IMG/VR virus record: IMGVR_UViG_3300038441_001119
Span: 1-64,000 of that record
Reading direction: 5' to 3' (one strand)
Length of the DNA stretch: 64,000 nt
Part shown: one piece after another, positions 8,176-17,238 of the stretch
Layout: every line of letters starts with the position of its first letter
Numbering within the stretch: position 1 is the stretch's first letter
Notes under the pieces: generated by a model
Told to the model about the DNA's origin: nothing
Databases searched by the model: none
Seen by the model: only the letters and a program-made list of their open reading frames with translations
Program-made: the position numbers and the translations under genes

Positions 8176-8216
8176 AAAAAAGAGGAATGCCCTCCACAGG
8201 GGTTAGCTGTGGAGGG
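8176..8216 (-). terminator. Intrinsic terminator
   Basis: 10-bp stem CCCTCCACAG/CTGTGGAGGG plus T-tract. Confidence 0.7.
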
Positions 8217-8221
8217 GTTGA

Positions 8222-8821
8222 TTATCTGATCGATTTGTACTCCACTACTTCCTTGCATCGGAACGACTGTCTCCATGACTCAATGAAGTCTTTCAGGCTA
8301 ATCTTCATCTTACCATCAGACAGTTCACTGAATGAGTCATCGCGTTTCCAGTACACCAATCGATCACCATCTTTCAGGAGCATCAGGATTACGGTATGCC
8401 CGTCTTCCTGCCCTCCGTAATCGATCATACCCTGCATCGGCGTTGTGATAGGCTCTCCTTCGTCATAGGGCGCAGGGTATTCCGTCATATTGACAAACAC
8501 CTTGTCCTTTGGGTACAGACCTTTGGATTGGCAGACTGCCGTAACATCCTCATCCTTTATCACGGTAATAACATCCACCGTCAGGATCGTAGGATCATGT
8601 ACAGGGGAATTGGGGAAGCCGAGGAAGTGAATGTGGTCGCATTTCGGGCAGGACATGTAATATTCCTTTCCGTCCTTTTCCACGGTTTGTTGGTGCGCGA
8701 CGTTGAAATTCGAAGACAACTGGAATTTCAGTTTCTCCATCATTTCAACATCGGTGAATGTATCCTTGCATTTGTTGCACTGGAGTATCTCGGGGCGTGT
8801 GTCGTTGGTTCTTTTGTACAT
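8222..8821 (-). CDS. Hypothetical zinc-ribbon protein
   Basis: CNKC and CPKC pairs; start moved to MYKRT, 5 nt after the upstream stop. Confidence 0.65.
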   Translation of the reverse strand: MYKRTNDTRPEILQCNKCKDTFTDVEMMEKLKFQLSSNFNVAHQQTVEKDGKEYYMSCPKCDHIHFLGFPNSPVHDPTILTVDVITVIKDEDVTAVCQSKGLYPKDKVFVNMTEYPAPYDEGEPITTPMQGMIDYGGQEDGHTVILMLLKDGDRLVYWKRDDSFSELSDGKMKISLKDFIESWRQSFRCKEVVEYKSIR

Positions 8822-8825
8822 CGGT

Positions 8826-9200
8826 TCAGACAGAGTACACGTACGCAGGCACCACTTGGGTATCCAGTACGAATGTTTCGCCATTGCACCATCCATCATT
8901 CTCGTCAATGTGGACTTTCACCTCGTCATCGAAAAGAATGTCCTTGGCTTCCAGTTTCAGATAGGACAGAGGGTCCCAGTCCGTACGGTACTCCAGCTTG
9001 TTCTGGTGCAGCCAGTAAAGACCAGCGCAGGATCTGTTCCAAAGTTCAGCGACCTTTTCCTTCGTCACTTCTCCATAGCGATCAATCCCTCCGTCAAGGA
9101 TAGCTCGCAGGAAGGCAGTGAAGGTTGTGGAGAAGTCATTGTCATGGAAATCAATCGCAATGATCTTTGGATTTACGTGTTTCTTGGTTGGTTCTGACAT
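8826..9200 (-). CDS. Hypothetical protein
   Basis: Tightly packed ORF; start MSEPT. Confidence 0.65.
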   Translation of the reverse strand: MSEPTKKHVNPKIIAIDFHDNDFSTTFTAFLRAILDGGIDRYGEVTKEKVAELWNRSCAGLYWLHQNKLEYRTDWDPLSYLKLEAKDILFDDEVKVHIDENDGWCNGETFVLDTQVVPAYVYSV

Positions 9201-9210
9201 TGGTTTCAGG

Positions 9211-9573
9211 TTAATTTGCAGCCAGACCACGGTAGTAGCGGGACAGCTGTTTCAGGTGTTCGAACATCTGATACAACACTGCTGCTGTTTTCTGATCCTC
9301 GATTTCCGTTTCAATATCACCGCCACGGTTGCTACCATAGTCGGTGACAAGAACGTATTTATCCTTACGCAAGGCAATCCATGAATCCGCGTGTCCGGAG
9401 ACATCGCTTTTGACCCATATATTGGCTTTGCGGGCTGTTGTCACAATGTCTTCGTGAAGTGCTTCCAGCATTGCAATAGGAGTTACCTCCAGTTGCGACA
9501 CGGTGGTAACACTCCCCGTGACTTTGAGTGTGTCGGTTGGTTTTCCCATTGCGGTTAATTGTAAATGCTTCAC
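9211..9573 (-). CDS. Hypothetical protein
   Basis: 120-aa ORF with ATGA overlap. Confidence 0.65.
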   Translation of the reverse strand: MKHLQLTAMGKPTDTLKVTGSVTTVSQLEVTPIAMLEALHEDIVTTARKANIWVKSDVSGHADSWIALRKDKYVLVTDYGSNRGGDIETEIEDQKTAAVLYQMFEHLKQLSRYYRGLAAN

Positions 9574-9932
9574 CTTCTTTCCAGAACCTCGACTGCCTCG
9601 GCTCCGGCGCGCTCGGATGTAACGGTGTCCTTCACATGGAAGTTGCCGTTAGGGATAAGCTTCGCCTGAATACGGTAGATTTTGTGTTTGCTGAACTGGG
9701 CACTTGCGATCAATGCCGCACACTGGGCCTGCTTGAAGGCAGACATTGGAACGCCATTGATCTCCAAGTCCCTGTCATAGATGTTGGGACCATCAGCTCC
9801 TTCCTGACTGAGCCATGTACCGTCAGTGGTATCAAACAAGCCATATTTCAAGCCTGATGGTCCTTTGTCGATTATCACTGGAGGGATCGAGTCCTCCTCG
9901 GTTTCTTCTTCGTTGGTGGGTTGTTGGTTCAT
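9570..9932 (-). CDS. Hypothetical protein
   Basis: 120-aa ORF in operon. Confidence 0.65.
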   Translation of the reverse strand: MNQQPTNEEETEEDSIPPVIIDKGPSGLKYGLFDTTDGTWLSQEGADGPNIYDRDLEINGVPMSAFKQAQCAALIASAQFSKHKIYRIQAKLIPNGNFHVKDTVTSERAGAEAVEVLERR

Positions 9933-9938
9933 TGTTGG

Positions 9939-10238
9939 TTAACGTTTGAATAGTTGTCTTGCTCTTCCGTGTTTACGGTATGTTCCTCTGGTGTATGTAG
10001 GTAGACCTAGCCACCAGCATGCTTTACACCAGTCACACTTGTAGGCCCTGAAAGGTTTGCCCCGAAGGTGACGCAGTACTCTGTCATAGTAGTAGTCATT
10101 ACACCTCAACGGGTAATTCTCCTCAAAGTAACAGAACCTGCACATCGCCTCCAAGGGTAACTCAGGATTAGTGTACCCGAATGGACTCTTGCCTTTTACT
10201 GTCTTTGATGGTGGCATGGAGTCCGAGTGTGGTTGCAA
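9939..10238 (-). CDS. Small Cys-rich hypothetical protein
   Basis: CRFC and RAYKCDWC motifs; start uncertain. Confidence 0.55.
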   Translation of the reverse strand: MQPHSDSMPPSKTVKGKSPFGYTNPELPLEAMCRFCYFEENYPLRCNDYYYDRVLRHLRGKPFRAYKCDWCKACWWLGLPTYTRGTYRKHGRARQLFKR

Positions 10239-10389
10239 GCATTACTGCCACAGCCTGAGCAATAGCAATGACGATGAGTAATGGGAATCCTTTATGCACG
10301 CCGCTAATCGCCGTACACACTGCTGAGGACATCATGGAGATAGTCAGCAGATACATAAGGATAGTGGCTATTATACGTTGGAGTTTCAT
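10168..10389 (-). CDS. Small membrane protein
   Basis: Two hydrophobic segments. Confidence 0.55.
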   Translation of the reverse strand: MKLQRIIATILMYLLTISMMSSAVCTAISGVHKGFPLLIVIAIAQAVAVMLATTLGLHATIKDSKRQESIRVH

Positions 10390-10393
10390 TTGG

Positions 10394-10777
10394 TTATTCT
10401 GGTAGTTTGGATGTATGCACCCATGCGGCGTACTGCTCCCTCGTCATCCCAAGGTACTCGGGCAAGGTACAGTCGAAGCTTCCGGTATGCCATTCATCCA
10501 CAGCGTCATCGACATCAAGCGTAGGGTCCTTCCTATACTTCTCCATGAAAGGTGTGAACTTCATTGGTTTCAGTACACGCTTGGTACGGGGAACACGTTC
10601 TGGTTTGGACGAGAGGATCTTTGGTGGAGGAGATGATTCATACCGGGGATCTGCTGGGATCAGCTCGTCCTCGCCCATGACAAACAGCTTGTCCTCCATT
10701 GTCAGGTAGAATGTACGTCCGTTATAGTCTGTACGCGGATACGTATCCGTCTCCTTGTCGAATACTTCGAATCTCAT
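10394..10777 (-). CDS. Hypothetical protein
   Basis: 127 aa; C-terminal VDEWH...LPEYLGMTREQYAAWV motif. Confidence 0.7.
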   Translation of the reverse strand: MRFEVFDKETDTYPRTDYNGRTFYLTMEDKLFVMGEDELIPADPRYESSPPPKILSSKPERVPRTKRVLKPMKFTPFMEKYRKDPTLDVDDAVDEWHTGSFDCTLPEYLGMTREQYAAWVHTSKLPE

Positions 10778-10977
10778 CAGTCTGTGTTGGGTTTTATTCG
10801 TGTTACTGGAAACATGAAGGTGAGCATCAAGGGACCGATGAACAGCTTGGCGGATAGTACGGTGCAGCGTCTTTTGAAATCATCAGACACGCAGCTACAA
10901 GTTTCCCCTGCTATTCCCAGTCCCCAGACAACACGCCAGTGTTTGTTGAATGCGTAAAACTCTTTGGTTTTCTTCAT
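10777..10977 (-). CDS. Hypothetical protein
   Basis: 66-aa ORF with stop/start overlap. Confidence 0.55.
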   Translation of the reverse strand: MKKTKEFYAFNKHWRVVWGLGIAGETCSCVSDDFKRRCTVLSAKLFIGPLMLTFMFPVTRIKPNTD

Positions 10978-10980
10978 TGG

Positions 10981-11082
10981 TTATTTGGACAAATACCATG
11001 ACAGCCCCATTGCTATCCAGATAAGGATAAACAGGAATGCGGCCAGCAATAGTATTCGCTTATGGTTTAGGGGTTCTTCCAT
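10981..11082 (-). CDS. 33-aa single-pass membrane peptide (MEEPLNHKRILLLAAFLFILIWIAMGLSWYLSK)
   Basis: Translated by hand; fills the operon gap; below the ORF-track cutoff. Confidence 0.55.
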   Translation of the reverse strand: MEEPLNHKRILLLAAFLFILIWIAMGLSWYLSK

Positions 11083-11086
11083 TGGA

Positions 11087-11626
11087 TCAGTAGCCTTCGG
11101 ACCAAAGGTCTTCGGCAAGTTGTTCGTATGGTTCCAGATCCTCAGGTTTGAAGGCGCTCGTAAGACGGAAGCAACGCGCTTCGTACCACGCCTTCAGCAC
11201 ATGGTGCTTTACTCCTTCATTGGAGGATAGTCCCAGATAATTCAACAGAGGACCTATACGCCCTGCGATCCTTCCTTGCCGCAGTCCGTTGATAGCCTCT
11301 TCAAATTCGAGCATATCTTCAAGTTGCGACCCGGTAATTTGGGGCGCAACACCTCCGGACGAGCTGACTTCCTGTGGTGTCAACGGACGCTGGAACGTAC
11401 TTTGTACTGCTGCGGTGGCGGCACAGCCGAAACACTTCACTTTACCAGTAAGGTGGTTGACAGTACTGCGACCATACGTGTCCATGGCTATCTCAAATCC
11501 ACGCTCCTCGTCTGTGCTGCGCAAACCCTTCAGCATCAGTGCGATAGCAACAGAAGTTCGTTGCGCACAGTAATCCCGGAATGTCTCTTCCGGATTCTTT
11601 GATCTTGTTGGTAACATTACTTTCAT
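11087..11626 (-). CDS. Hypothetical protein, paralogue of 11979-12482
   Basis: Shared EERGF-x-I-x-M-x2-YG...C-x-GCAATAA...EFE-x-AI motifs. Confidence 0.75.
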   Translation of the reverse strand: MKVMLPTRSKNPEETFRDYCAQRTSVAIALMLKGLRSTDEERGFEIAMDTYGRSTVNHLTGKVKCFGCAATAAVQSTFQRPLTPQEVSSSGGVAPQITGSQLEDMLEFEEAINGLRQGRIAGRIGPLLNYLGLSSNEGVKHHVLKAWYEARCFRLTSAFKPEDLEPYEQLAEDLWSEGY

Positions 11627-11632
11627 GGTTGG

Positions 11633-11722
11633 CTAACGTGAAATAAGGTTGATGGTTAGAATTACTGCCAGCAGGATTGCAATGACAGTGAATACAAAGG
11701 CGGTTACGGATATTCCTCTCAT
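11633..11722 (-). CDS. 29-aa membrane peptide (MRGISVTAFVFTVIAILLAVILTINLISR)
   Basis: Translated by hand; fills the operon gap. Confidence 0.5.
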   Translation of the reverse strand: MRGISVTAFVFTVIAILLAVILTINLISR

Positions 11723-11727
11723 AGTGT

Positions 11728-11973
11728 TTAATCACTCTTGGAAACGAAGGCAGAAACCAGTGACAGTAGAAACGCCACATAGCTGGCCATCATTGACATG
11801 GTTGTATAGAAGAGACCCTTTATACAAGCCTCCTCAAAGGATAGTCTTATACCGATGTCCGTGGAGAACCACATATATCCGGTACAGATCAACAGGATCA
11901 GTCCCATCAATCCACACAACAGAGAGGTGACCATACATCCCACCCATATTTTAAAACATATTCGTTCGGGCAT
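11728..11973 (-). CDS. Small membrane protein
   Basis: Two hydrophobic helices; start MPERI. Confidence 0.55.
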   Translation of the reverse strand: MPERICFKIWVGCMVTSLLCGLMGLILLICTGYMWFSTDIGIRLSFEEACIKGLFYTTMSMMASYVAFLLSLVSAFVSKSD

Positions 11974-11978
11974 GGATT

Positions 11979-12482
11979 TTAGAGTCCTTGAATGTACAAA
12001 GCTTCTGCGAAGCCTCTCCAAGCCGCGAGTTCCGATGGTGTATACTCGCTGCTTAATGGTGCCAATTCCGAATCATGCAATTTGAGGACTATGCTAAACG
12101 CCTCGCTATGTTGGACCCCCATATATCTCCGAAGGCAGCGGAAGAGTTTCAGACGTACGTTATCTATCGCATTTTCGAATTCGACTAGATCGTTTTCGCT
12201 GAATGTACGACTGAACATATTGCCGCGTGCAAGGCGACGAGAGTGGAACAGGTCTGGATTACCTCTTTCGTGGTCACATGCGTAGATGGCAGCTGTTGCG
12301 GCGCACCCCACGCATATACCGTCAACTGCACCCCCATACGAAAGCATAAGGATACGAAAGCCACGTTCTTCTTCGGACATAGACAGCCCTGTCACCATTG
12401 CAAGGATGGCAAGGGATGGTCTGTTCTGCAGGTAATCAGCAAATGTTTGGTCAGGTCGTTTTGGTTCAGATGGTAGTTCCAT
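11979..12482 (-). CDS. Hypothetical protein, paralogue of 11087-11626
   Basis: Shared motifs as above. Confidence 0.75.
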   Translation of the reverse strand: MELPSEPKRPDQTFADYLQNRPSLAILAMVTGLSMSEEERGFRILMLSYGGAVDGICVGCAATAAIYACDHERGNPDLFHSRRLARGNMFSRTFSENDLVEFENAIDNVRLKLFRCLRRYMGVQHSEAFSIVLKLHDSELAPLSSEYTPSELAAWRGFAEALYIQGL

Positions 12483-12484
12483 GG

Positions 12485-12700
12485 TTATTTTCCTTTGGTT
12501 CTAAGTATGGTACTGATGATGAATAGGCCGAATGATAGGAACAAGCATGCAAGGAACAGCGTCCAGTACCACTCAGGTACCGGCGCTATTGGTGTTTGTT
12601 TGCTGGCACGAAGATAGGCCACAATCCACCCCACTGAAGGAACAATGACGAGGAGATCGGCTACCGCTCCAAGTGCTCTCGATGTTCGGATGGGTCTCAT
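12485..12700 (-). CDS. Small membrane protein
   Basis: Two hydrophobic helices. Confidence 0.6.
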   Translation of the reverse strand: MRPIRTSRALGAVADLLVIVPSVGWIVAYLRASKQTPIAPVPEWYWTLFLACLFLSFGLFIISTILRTKGK

Positions 12701-13044
12701 TCGGCTTTTGGTCCGTTAAGGATTTGCTCATACAGTTCTGGATTTACTTTCAGCTTCTTATAGTGAGCGTTGATGGTTTCGATTGCAGGCATCGCATAAA
12801 TCGTGGAAGTACGGTAGAGTGCTTCAAGGAAAGCGAGGAAGGGATCCTCAGGCTTCTCGAACTCCGCTGCAAGTTCCTCAAAGGTGATAACCTTGCGATT
12901 GATACCAATACCGGAAAGAAGGACCTTACCATCGGCTACTTCTGTGATACGAACGATGCGCTGGTCGGTCTTGCGAATCCAGCAGGTATTGAAAAGGGGA
13001 TGTTCAACGATGGAATCATCGTCCTTGATAATGGAGGTGTTCAT
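12697..13044 (-). CDS. Hypothetical protein
   Basis: First gene after promoter 13088; start MNTSII. Confidence 0.65.
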   Translation of the reverse strand: MNTSIIKDDDSIVEHPLFNTCWIRKTDQRIVRITEVADGKVLLSGIGINRKVITFEELAAEFEKPEDPFLAFLEALYRTSTIYAMPAIETINAHYKKLKVNPELYEQILNGPKAE

Positions 13045-13087
13045 GGTGGTGCGTGTGTTGGTTAACAATGAAGAGCGTTGTGCTCTC

Positions 13088-13103
13088 CAAGTCTATATAG
13101 CAC
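13088..13103 (-). promoter_or_regulatory. Phage promoter motif GTGCTATATAGACTTG
   Basis: One of 11 copies; lies after a terminator and before a 5' hairpin. Confidence 0.75.
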
Positions 13104-13118
13104 GTAAAAGAAAGGAAT

Positions 13119-13150
13119 TACCCTCGACAGATTCACATCTGTCGAGGGTA
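13119..13150 (-). terminator. Intrinsic terminator
   Basis: 13-bp stem TACCCTCGACAGA/TCTGTCGAGGGTA plus T-tract. Confidence 0.75.
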
Positions 13151-13162
13151 ATCGAGATATGG

Positions 13163-13291
13163 TCAGAACCGGAATAGATCTCTATCTCGGAGCATTCGTT
13201 GGGTCCGCTCATAGCAATCCCTACATTGTCCCAGCATATAGATCTTCGTACGGTGACAGTGTATGCACTTGCGTTCAGGTTTCTTTGGCAT
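13163..13291 (-). CDS. 42-aa zinc-finger peptide (MPKKPERKCIHC...CRDC)
   Basis: CxxC...CxxC; ends just before the terminator. Confidence 0.5.
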   Translation of the reverse strand: MPKKPERKCIHCHRTKIYMLGQCRDCYERTQRMLRDRDLFRF

Positions 13292-13580
13292 TTTTCTGTT
13301 CTTTTTGTCTGCCTCCCCAATAGAACTTGATCCCTCGGGGGTTGTATGGTTTCTGTCTGAAACGAGAAGCATCCGCTAGCTTGGATACCCAGCCTAGCTT
13401 ATCCATCATACGCAGCATTGCCCTGAACGCATCATTGATACGCCCCTTACTATCTACCTGCGCTTCAATAATAAGCTTCCCATTATAGAAGACTCTGCAG
13501 CCCCATAGTCCCGTTTTAATGAGCGTGACTTTGGTGGTGATAGGATCAACATACGTGCTCTTGGTTTTACGCTTAGGCAT
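13275..13580 (-). CDS. Basic hypothetical protein
   Basis: Start MPKRKT, 4 nt after the upstream stop. Confidence 0.65.
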   Translation of the reverse strand: MPKRKTKSTYVDPITTKVTLIKTGLWGCRVFYNGKLIIEAQVDSKGRINDAFRAMLRMMDKLGWVSKLADASRFRQKPYNPRGIKFYWGGRQKEQKNAKET

Positions 13581-13584
13581 CGTT

Positions 13585-13989
13585 TTACAGTAAGTCCTCC
13601 ACAGTATAATGATCCGTAGGAAATCCCCTATGGAATGCCATACCACGAATAGCGTCTGTTATTGGCGCCCACATATGCCCGTCACTAATCGCCTTTATTT
13701 CAGGATGGGTCCAGATGTAGGTGCATCCTCCGTGGGACAAGGCAATAGCAACAACCTTGTTATCCGCATTGGAGGCTCCGATAATGGATTTGACCCTGTC
13801 GACCACCTTGGTTTTTACAGGTGCCAAATGAGACCATTCGTATGCTTGTGCGATGACTTTGAATTTCTCGAAGACATCGGCTCTTTGCATGAATCCGCTA
13901 ATCATTTCGTCGGATAGAACGACGATAGCTCTGGCTCTCTCAAAGCCCTCAGGAGTCGCAGGATCACGGTGTAGGACTTGTACCTTCAT
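13585..13989 (-). CDS. Hypothetical protein
   Basis: Start MKVQVL. Confidence 0.6.
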   Translation of the reverse strand: MKVQVLHRDPATPEGFERARAIVVLSDEMISGFMQRADVFEKFKVIAQAYEWSHLAPVKTKVVDRVKSIIGASNADNKVVAIALSHGGCTYIWTHPEIKAISDGHMWAPITDAIRGMAFHRGFPTDHYTVEDLL

Positions 13990-14434
13990 TGGGTGGGGTT
14001 GGTGGTTTCTGCAGGAGATGCAATGCCGTTGCTGCTGGACCTGGTACATCTGTAAGCAATGGGTCGATGTAGTGGATCTGCAGGAGATCTGCGATGTCAC
14101 TATGGCTCAACTGTAGCTTGTCATTGACTTGGATGAAATCGTAGGCTCCCTTGTTTCCCGGTGTACCGAAGTAAGGTTGATAATGCTTTCCTGAGGTAGC
14201 CCAACCAAAGTATGCCGATACGTGGGACACACGCCTCGTAGCATCTGGTTGCTCCTCTTTCATGACATCGAGCGCCACTTCCATACAGCAGCGGGTGAAG
14301 TAACCCGGTTTACCCGGGGATTCGTCGCAATGCTTTTTCCAAGCTCCACGACACTCCTTGCCATTGTTATCCTTGAGTGCTGTGTGGAGCTTTTGGTTGC
14401 GTTCCAGTTTCTGTTCCTTGGTGGGTTCTTCCAT
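13964..14434 (-). CDS. Hypothetical protein, paralogue of 15862-16350
   Basis: Shared RN..L..AL..NNGKE.R.AW.K, SA.FGW, ND.L.LSH.DIA. Confidence 0.75.
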   Translation of the reverse strand: MEEPTKEQKLERNQKLHTALKDNNGKECRGAWKKHCDESPGKPGYFTRCCMEVALDVMKEEQPDATRRVSHVSAYFGWATSGKHYQPYFGTPGNKGAYDFIQVNDKLQLSHSDIADLLQIHYIDPLLTDVPGPAATALHLLQKPPTPPNEGTSPTP

Positions 14435-14442
14435 ACTGTTGG

Positions 14443-14700
14443 TTATTTGCGTGTGAATTTTCTGCGGTTCTTTTTGTATTTGTATCTCGGAGGACGGCGG
14501 AGCAGGTCCATGAGAATTTTAACCAGCACACCTGTTGCTTCAGCAAGCTGGTCTATGAATTCTTTGGCTGCCTTGTTCCCCTCCTGATACCCCATGTAAG
14601 GGAAGATCTCCACAGGTTCACCACATCGGGTAACCTCTGTGGTACCTTCCCATGAAGTGTAAGTAATCTCGTAACCTTTGTATTGTGATGTGGAAATCAT
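14443..14700 (-). CDS. Hypothetical protein
   Basis: First gene after promoter 14723. Confidence 0.65.
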   Translation of the reverse strand: MISTSQYKGYEITYTSWEGTTEVTRCGEPVEIFPYMGYQEGNKAAKEFIDQLAEATGVLVKILMDLLRRPPRYKYKKNRRKFTRK

Positions 14701-14722
14701 TTGAGGAAGAGTTAGTGCTTCT

Positions 14723-14738
14723 CATTAATATATAGCAC
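14723..14738 (-). promoter_or_regulatory. Phage promoter motif GTGCTATATATTAATG (variant)
   Basis: Motif copy. Confidence 0.65.
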
Positions 14739-14761
14739 ACAGGTACAATGAGTTGCGGCAA

Positions 14762-15244
14762 TCAGAGGGCTGCAAACTCCAGTTTCTTTTTATCTATCTG
14801 TTCTTGTAACTGCGACTCCATCAAACTAAATAGCGCAGGGTTAGGAGCGATACAGGGATCAAATGACGATGGAGCCGCGCTATTGCAAACAAACACAAAC
14901 ACTTGCTTTCCAGAATTAACAGAGGACTGTAGTCGAGTTATGGACTTTTCCAGATTGGCAATATCTATCTCCAAACCTACTGCCTTCATGAAAGTTTCTT
15001 CAGATGCGTAAGAAGTAAACTCTTTCAGGAGTGTCGCCTTTCTATCCTCAAAGTAATTGCTCAGGCCCTCTACGTGGGTACGTGTGAACTTGACCTTTTT
15101 GAAAGAGTATGAATTTCTATGGAAGTCTACTCCCAATACCTCTGACGGTCTAAGAGTGACACCTGCGAGGTTGGTGACATTTGTTTCGACGATGTGAAGC
15201 TCGGATTTGATGTCCTTGAGCCTTTGAAGAGTTTCGTAGGTCAT
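14762..15244 (-). CDS. Coiled-coil hypothetical protein
   Basis: 160-aa ORF. Confidence 0.65.
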   Translation of the reverse strand: MTYETLQRLKDIKSELHIVETNVTNLAGVTLRPSEVLGVDFHRNSYSFKKVKFTRTHVEGLSNYFEDRKATLLKEFTSYASEETFMKAVGLEIDIANLEKSITRLQSSVNSGKQVFVFVCNSAAPSSFDPCIAPNPALFSLMESQLQEQIDKKKLEFAAL

Positions 15245-15266
15245 GTGTGGTAAAAGTTAGTCATAT

Positions 15267-15297
15267 GCCCTACTGGAGTGGGTAGTTCCAGTAGGGC
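15267..15297 (-). terminator. Putative terminator
   Basis: 11-bp stem GCCCTACTGGA/TCCAGTAGGGC. Confidence 0.55.
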
Positions 15298-15350
15298 TAC
15301 TTGGTTAGTTGTTAATGTAGGGTGAAATAGTTGTTAATCCTGCGGCGTAC

Positions 15351-15644
15351 TCACCTTCCGGCAGTGGTTGGAGGTACTGGTAAAACATACATTGAACGCG
15401 GGGATGCCAGATAGGTCTGCCCTGTCTGCGTGTTCACTATTTCGAACACTGCCTCAGCATCTCCCTCAGTGGTGGTTGCCTTCTTGGGAGTGACCGTATA
15501 GCTGGCAAGTGGCAGGACTGAAAGACGTGCTTGCGCTTGAGTCTTCCTGTCTATCTCCATGGCGTATGGATATGCCGCTATGATGATGCCAATAATGCAT
15601 ATGATCCAAATGAGGGTGACGATTAACTTGGGGATTGCTCTCAT
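15351..15644 (-). CDS. Membrane-anchored hypothetical protein
   Basis: N-terminal TM helix; start MRAIP. Confidence 0.6.
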   Translation of the reverse strand: MRAIPKLIVTLIWIICIIGIIIAAYPYAMEIDRKTQAQARLSVLPLASYTVTPKKATTTEGDAEAVFEIVNTQTGQTYLASPRSMYVLPVPPTTAGR

Positions 15645-15655
15645 GAGTCTGTTGG

Positions 15656-15862
15656 TTAGTTGGTTTCGGTGTGTCCGCACTTGGGGCATCCTATCTTTGC
15701 ATTGAGAAGGAGAATCCCCCTGCACAGCAAAGATGTATGCCCACAGCGTTCACAAGGTATATGAAGTACAGTTGCTCCCTGCCATGCGTCCAAAGAAAAG
15801 GAATCAGAAATCAGTTCCAGATCTTTCAACTCATCAGCAATGGATTGTATAAGACGTGACAT
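15656..15862 (-). CDS. Small zinc-ribbon protein
   Basis: CERC and CPKC. Confidence 0.6.
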   Translation of the reverse strand: MSRLIQSIADELKDLELISDSFSLDAWQGATVLHIPCERCGHTSLLCRGILLLNAKIGCPKCGHTETN

Positions 15863-16350
15863 CAGGCTGCTTTCTGATCTGCGATGAATTGTCTCAACGC
15901 TTTGGTGGTCAGTGAGAACGCGCCGGGGGTGAAAATCGGGGCAGGTATGCCGTCTGTGAAAGGTTTAACAAAACAAGCTCTTACCATAATAGCGATGTCC
16001 TCATGGGACAGCTCCAGATTGTCATTGAGTTGAAGCGGTCCCATGATTGGACTACCAAAGTGAGGCCAAGAATCGACCGGGCGGTTACTTAACATACCCC
16101 AGCCGAACCACGCGGATGCGCGATATATGCATTGATCTGGAGCTGCTTGCACAAAGGCATGGTCTACCGTAGCACCTTTATCTTCCCTCGCCCATACGTC
16201 GACCACCACCGTAAGGAAGCACCGACACTCATTATCACCGCTCTTCTTGCGCCAAGCGCATCTGGCTTCTTTTCCGTTATTCTCTTCAAGTGCAACGGCG
16301 AGCAGCTCATTGCGACGGGCGTATTCAAGTATTTCTTCTTTGGGGTTCAT
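15862..16350 (-). CDS. Hypothetical protein, paralogue of 13964-14434
   Basis: Start MNPKEE; the track start lies inside the promoter motif. Confidence 0.75.
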   Translation of the reverse strand: MNPKEEILEYARRNELLAVALEENNGKEARCAWRKKSGDNECRCFLTVVVDVWAREDKGATVDHAFVQAAPDQCIYRASAWFGWGMLSNRPVDSWPHFGSPIMGPLQLNDNLELSHEDIAIMVRACFVKPFTDGIPAPIFTPGAFSLTTKALRQFIADQKAA

Positions 16351-16378
16351 ACGTGTGTGGGAGGATTTGTTATCCTCA

Positions 16379-16392
16379 CAAGTATATAGCAC
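16379..16392 (-). promoter_or_regulatory. Phage promoter motif GTGCTATATACTTG
   Basis: Motif copy directly after a terminator. Confidence 0.75.
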
Positions 16393-16394
16393 AT

Positions 16395-16432
16395 AAAAAA
16401 GAAGAAGTGCCCGTCAGGGAGCACCTGACGGG
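16395..16432 (-). terminator. Intrinsic terminator
   Basis: Stem CCCGTCAGG/CCTGACGGG plus T-tract. Confidence 0.7.
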
Positions 16433-16449
16433 GTTACTTCTTTTAAACC

Positions 16450-17235
16450 CTAAAACGCAACAACGCGGGCTTTGTCCAACTGCTTGATGAAATAGTGCAG
16501 GTAACAAGGCATGATATGCGCTACCAATTCAGTGATAGGCATGGACAGCGATTGCACGAACACTTTGTCAATGGCAGCTTGGTCACCTTTGAACATAACC
16601 TTACCCACCATTTGCCGAAATCCAAGCATCTGGAACGGTGGTATTGTTTTCATCTTTTCTTCAACCTCCTTACGCAGTGTGGCAAGCTCCGTCATATCCT
16701 TCACTTTGACCACAGGACCATACAGACCACGCTGATTGGTTGTGGGTTCTTGTGCTAGGATATCGACAGGAGGTGCTTTGGATACTGTGATCTGCGGCTT
16801 GGAGGGTGCTGAGTGTTTCCATGTGTACAGCTCCTTTTTCTCAAGTGGACGAGCATATGCGCACTCAGACTTGATGTTGCTGCAGTATGGGCGACTAACG
16901 ATGGTGATCTCGTCGCACTCAAGATTGCAGATCCATCGGCGCCGGTTGTATGTGAAGTGAATCCTGACCGTACCTTCATAGAAGAGAACGAACCCTCTCG
17001 ACGTTACGATCTTTCCGTTATGTTCGTGCCTTACAGACACGACATCGCCTTCATAGATCATGCGGTCATTTTGGTCAATGATTCCCGTGGAACGATACAC
17101 CCGGTAGTCTTTTCTGGAAATAGCCTGTAAGCCTAAGGCATCCGGGATGTAGAGAACACCGTTGGAAGAAGCAAGGACATTGGGTACAAACCGTCCTGTC
17201 TTCTTATTGATCACTCTGAATGGGTTGATGTTCAT
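16450..17235 (-). CDS. YopX-domain protein (N-terminal half)
   Basis: STGIIDQNDRMIYEGDVV matches the YopX signature. Confidence 0.7.
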   Translation of the reverse strand: MNINPFRVINKKTGRFVPNVLASSNGVLYIPDALGLQAISRKDYRVYRSTGIIDQNDRMIYEGDVVSVRHEHNGKIVTSRGFVLFYEGTVRIHFTYNRRRWICNLECDEITIVSRPYCSNIKSECAYARPLEKKELYTWKHSAPSKPQITVSKAPPVDILAQEPTTNQRGLYGPVVKVKDMTELATLRKEVEEKMKTIPPFQMLGFRQMVGKVMFKGDQAAIDKVFVQSLSMPITELVAHIMPCYLHYFIKQLDKARVVAF

Positions 17236-17238
17236 AGG

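Noticed and set aside
8138-8197. 20-aa N-terminal extension of the beta' C-terminal piece
   Set aside because: Runs through the upstream terminator and pyrimidine tract; ATG 8137 is more plausible
13093-13320. 75-aa ORF
   Set aside because: Crosses a strong terminator and ends in the promoter; the alternative frame (13163-13291) has a Zn-finger motif
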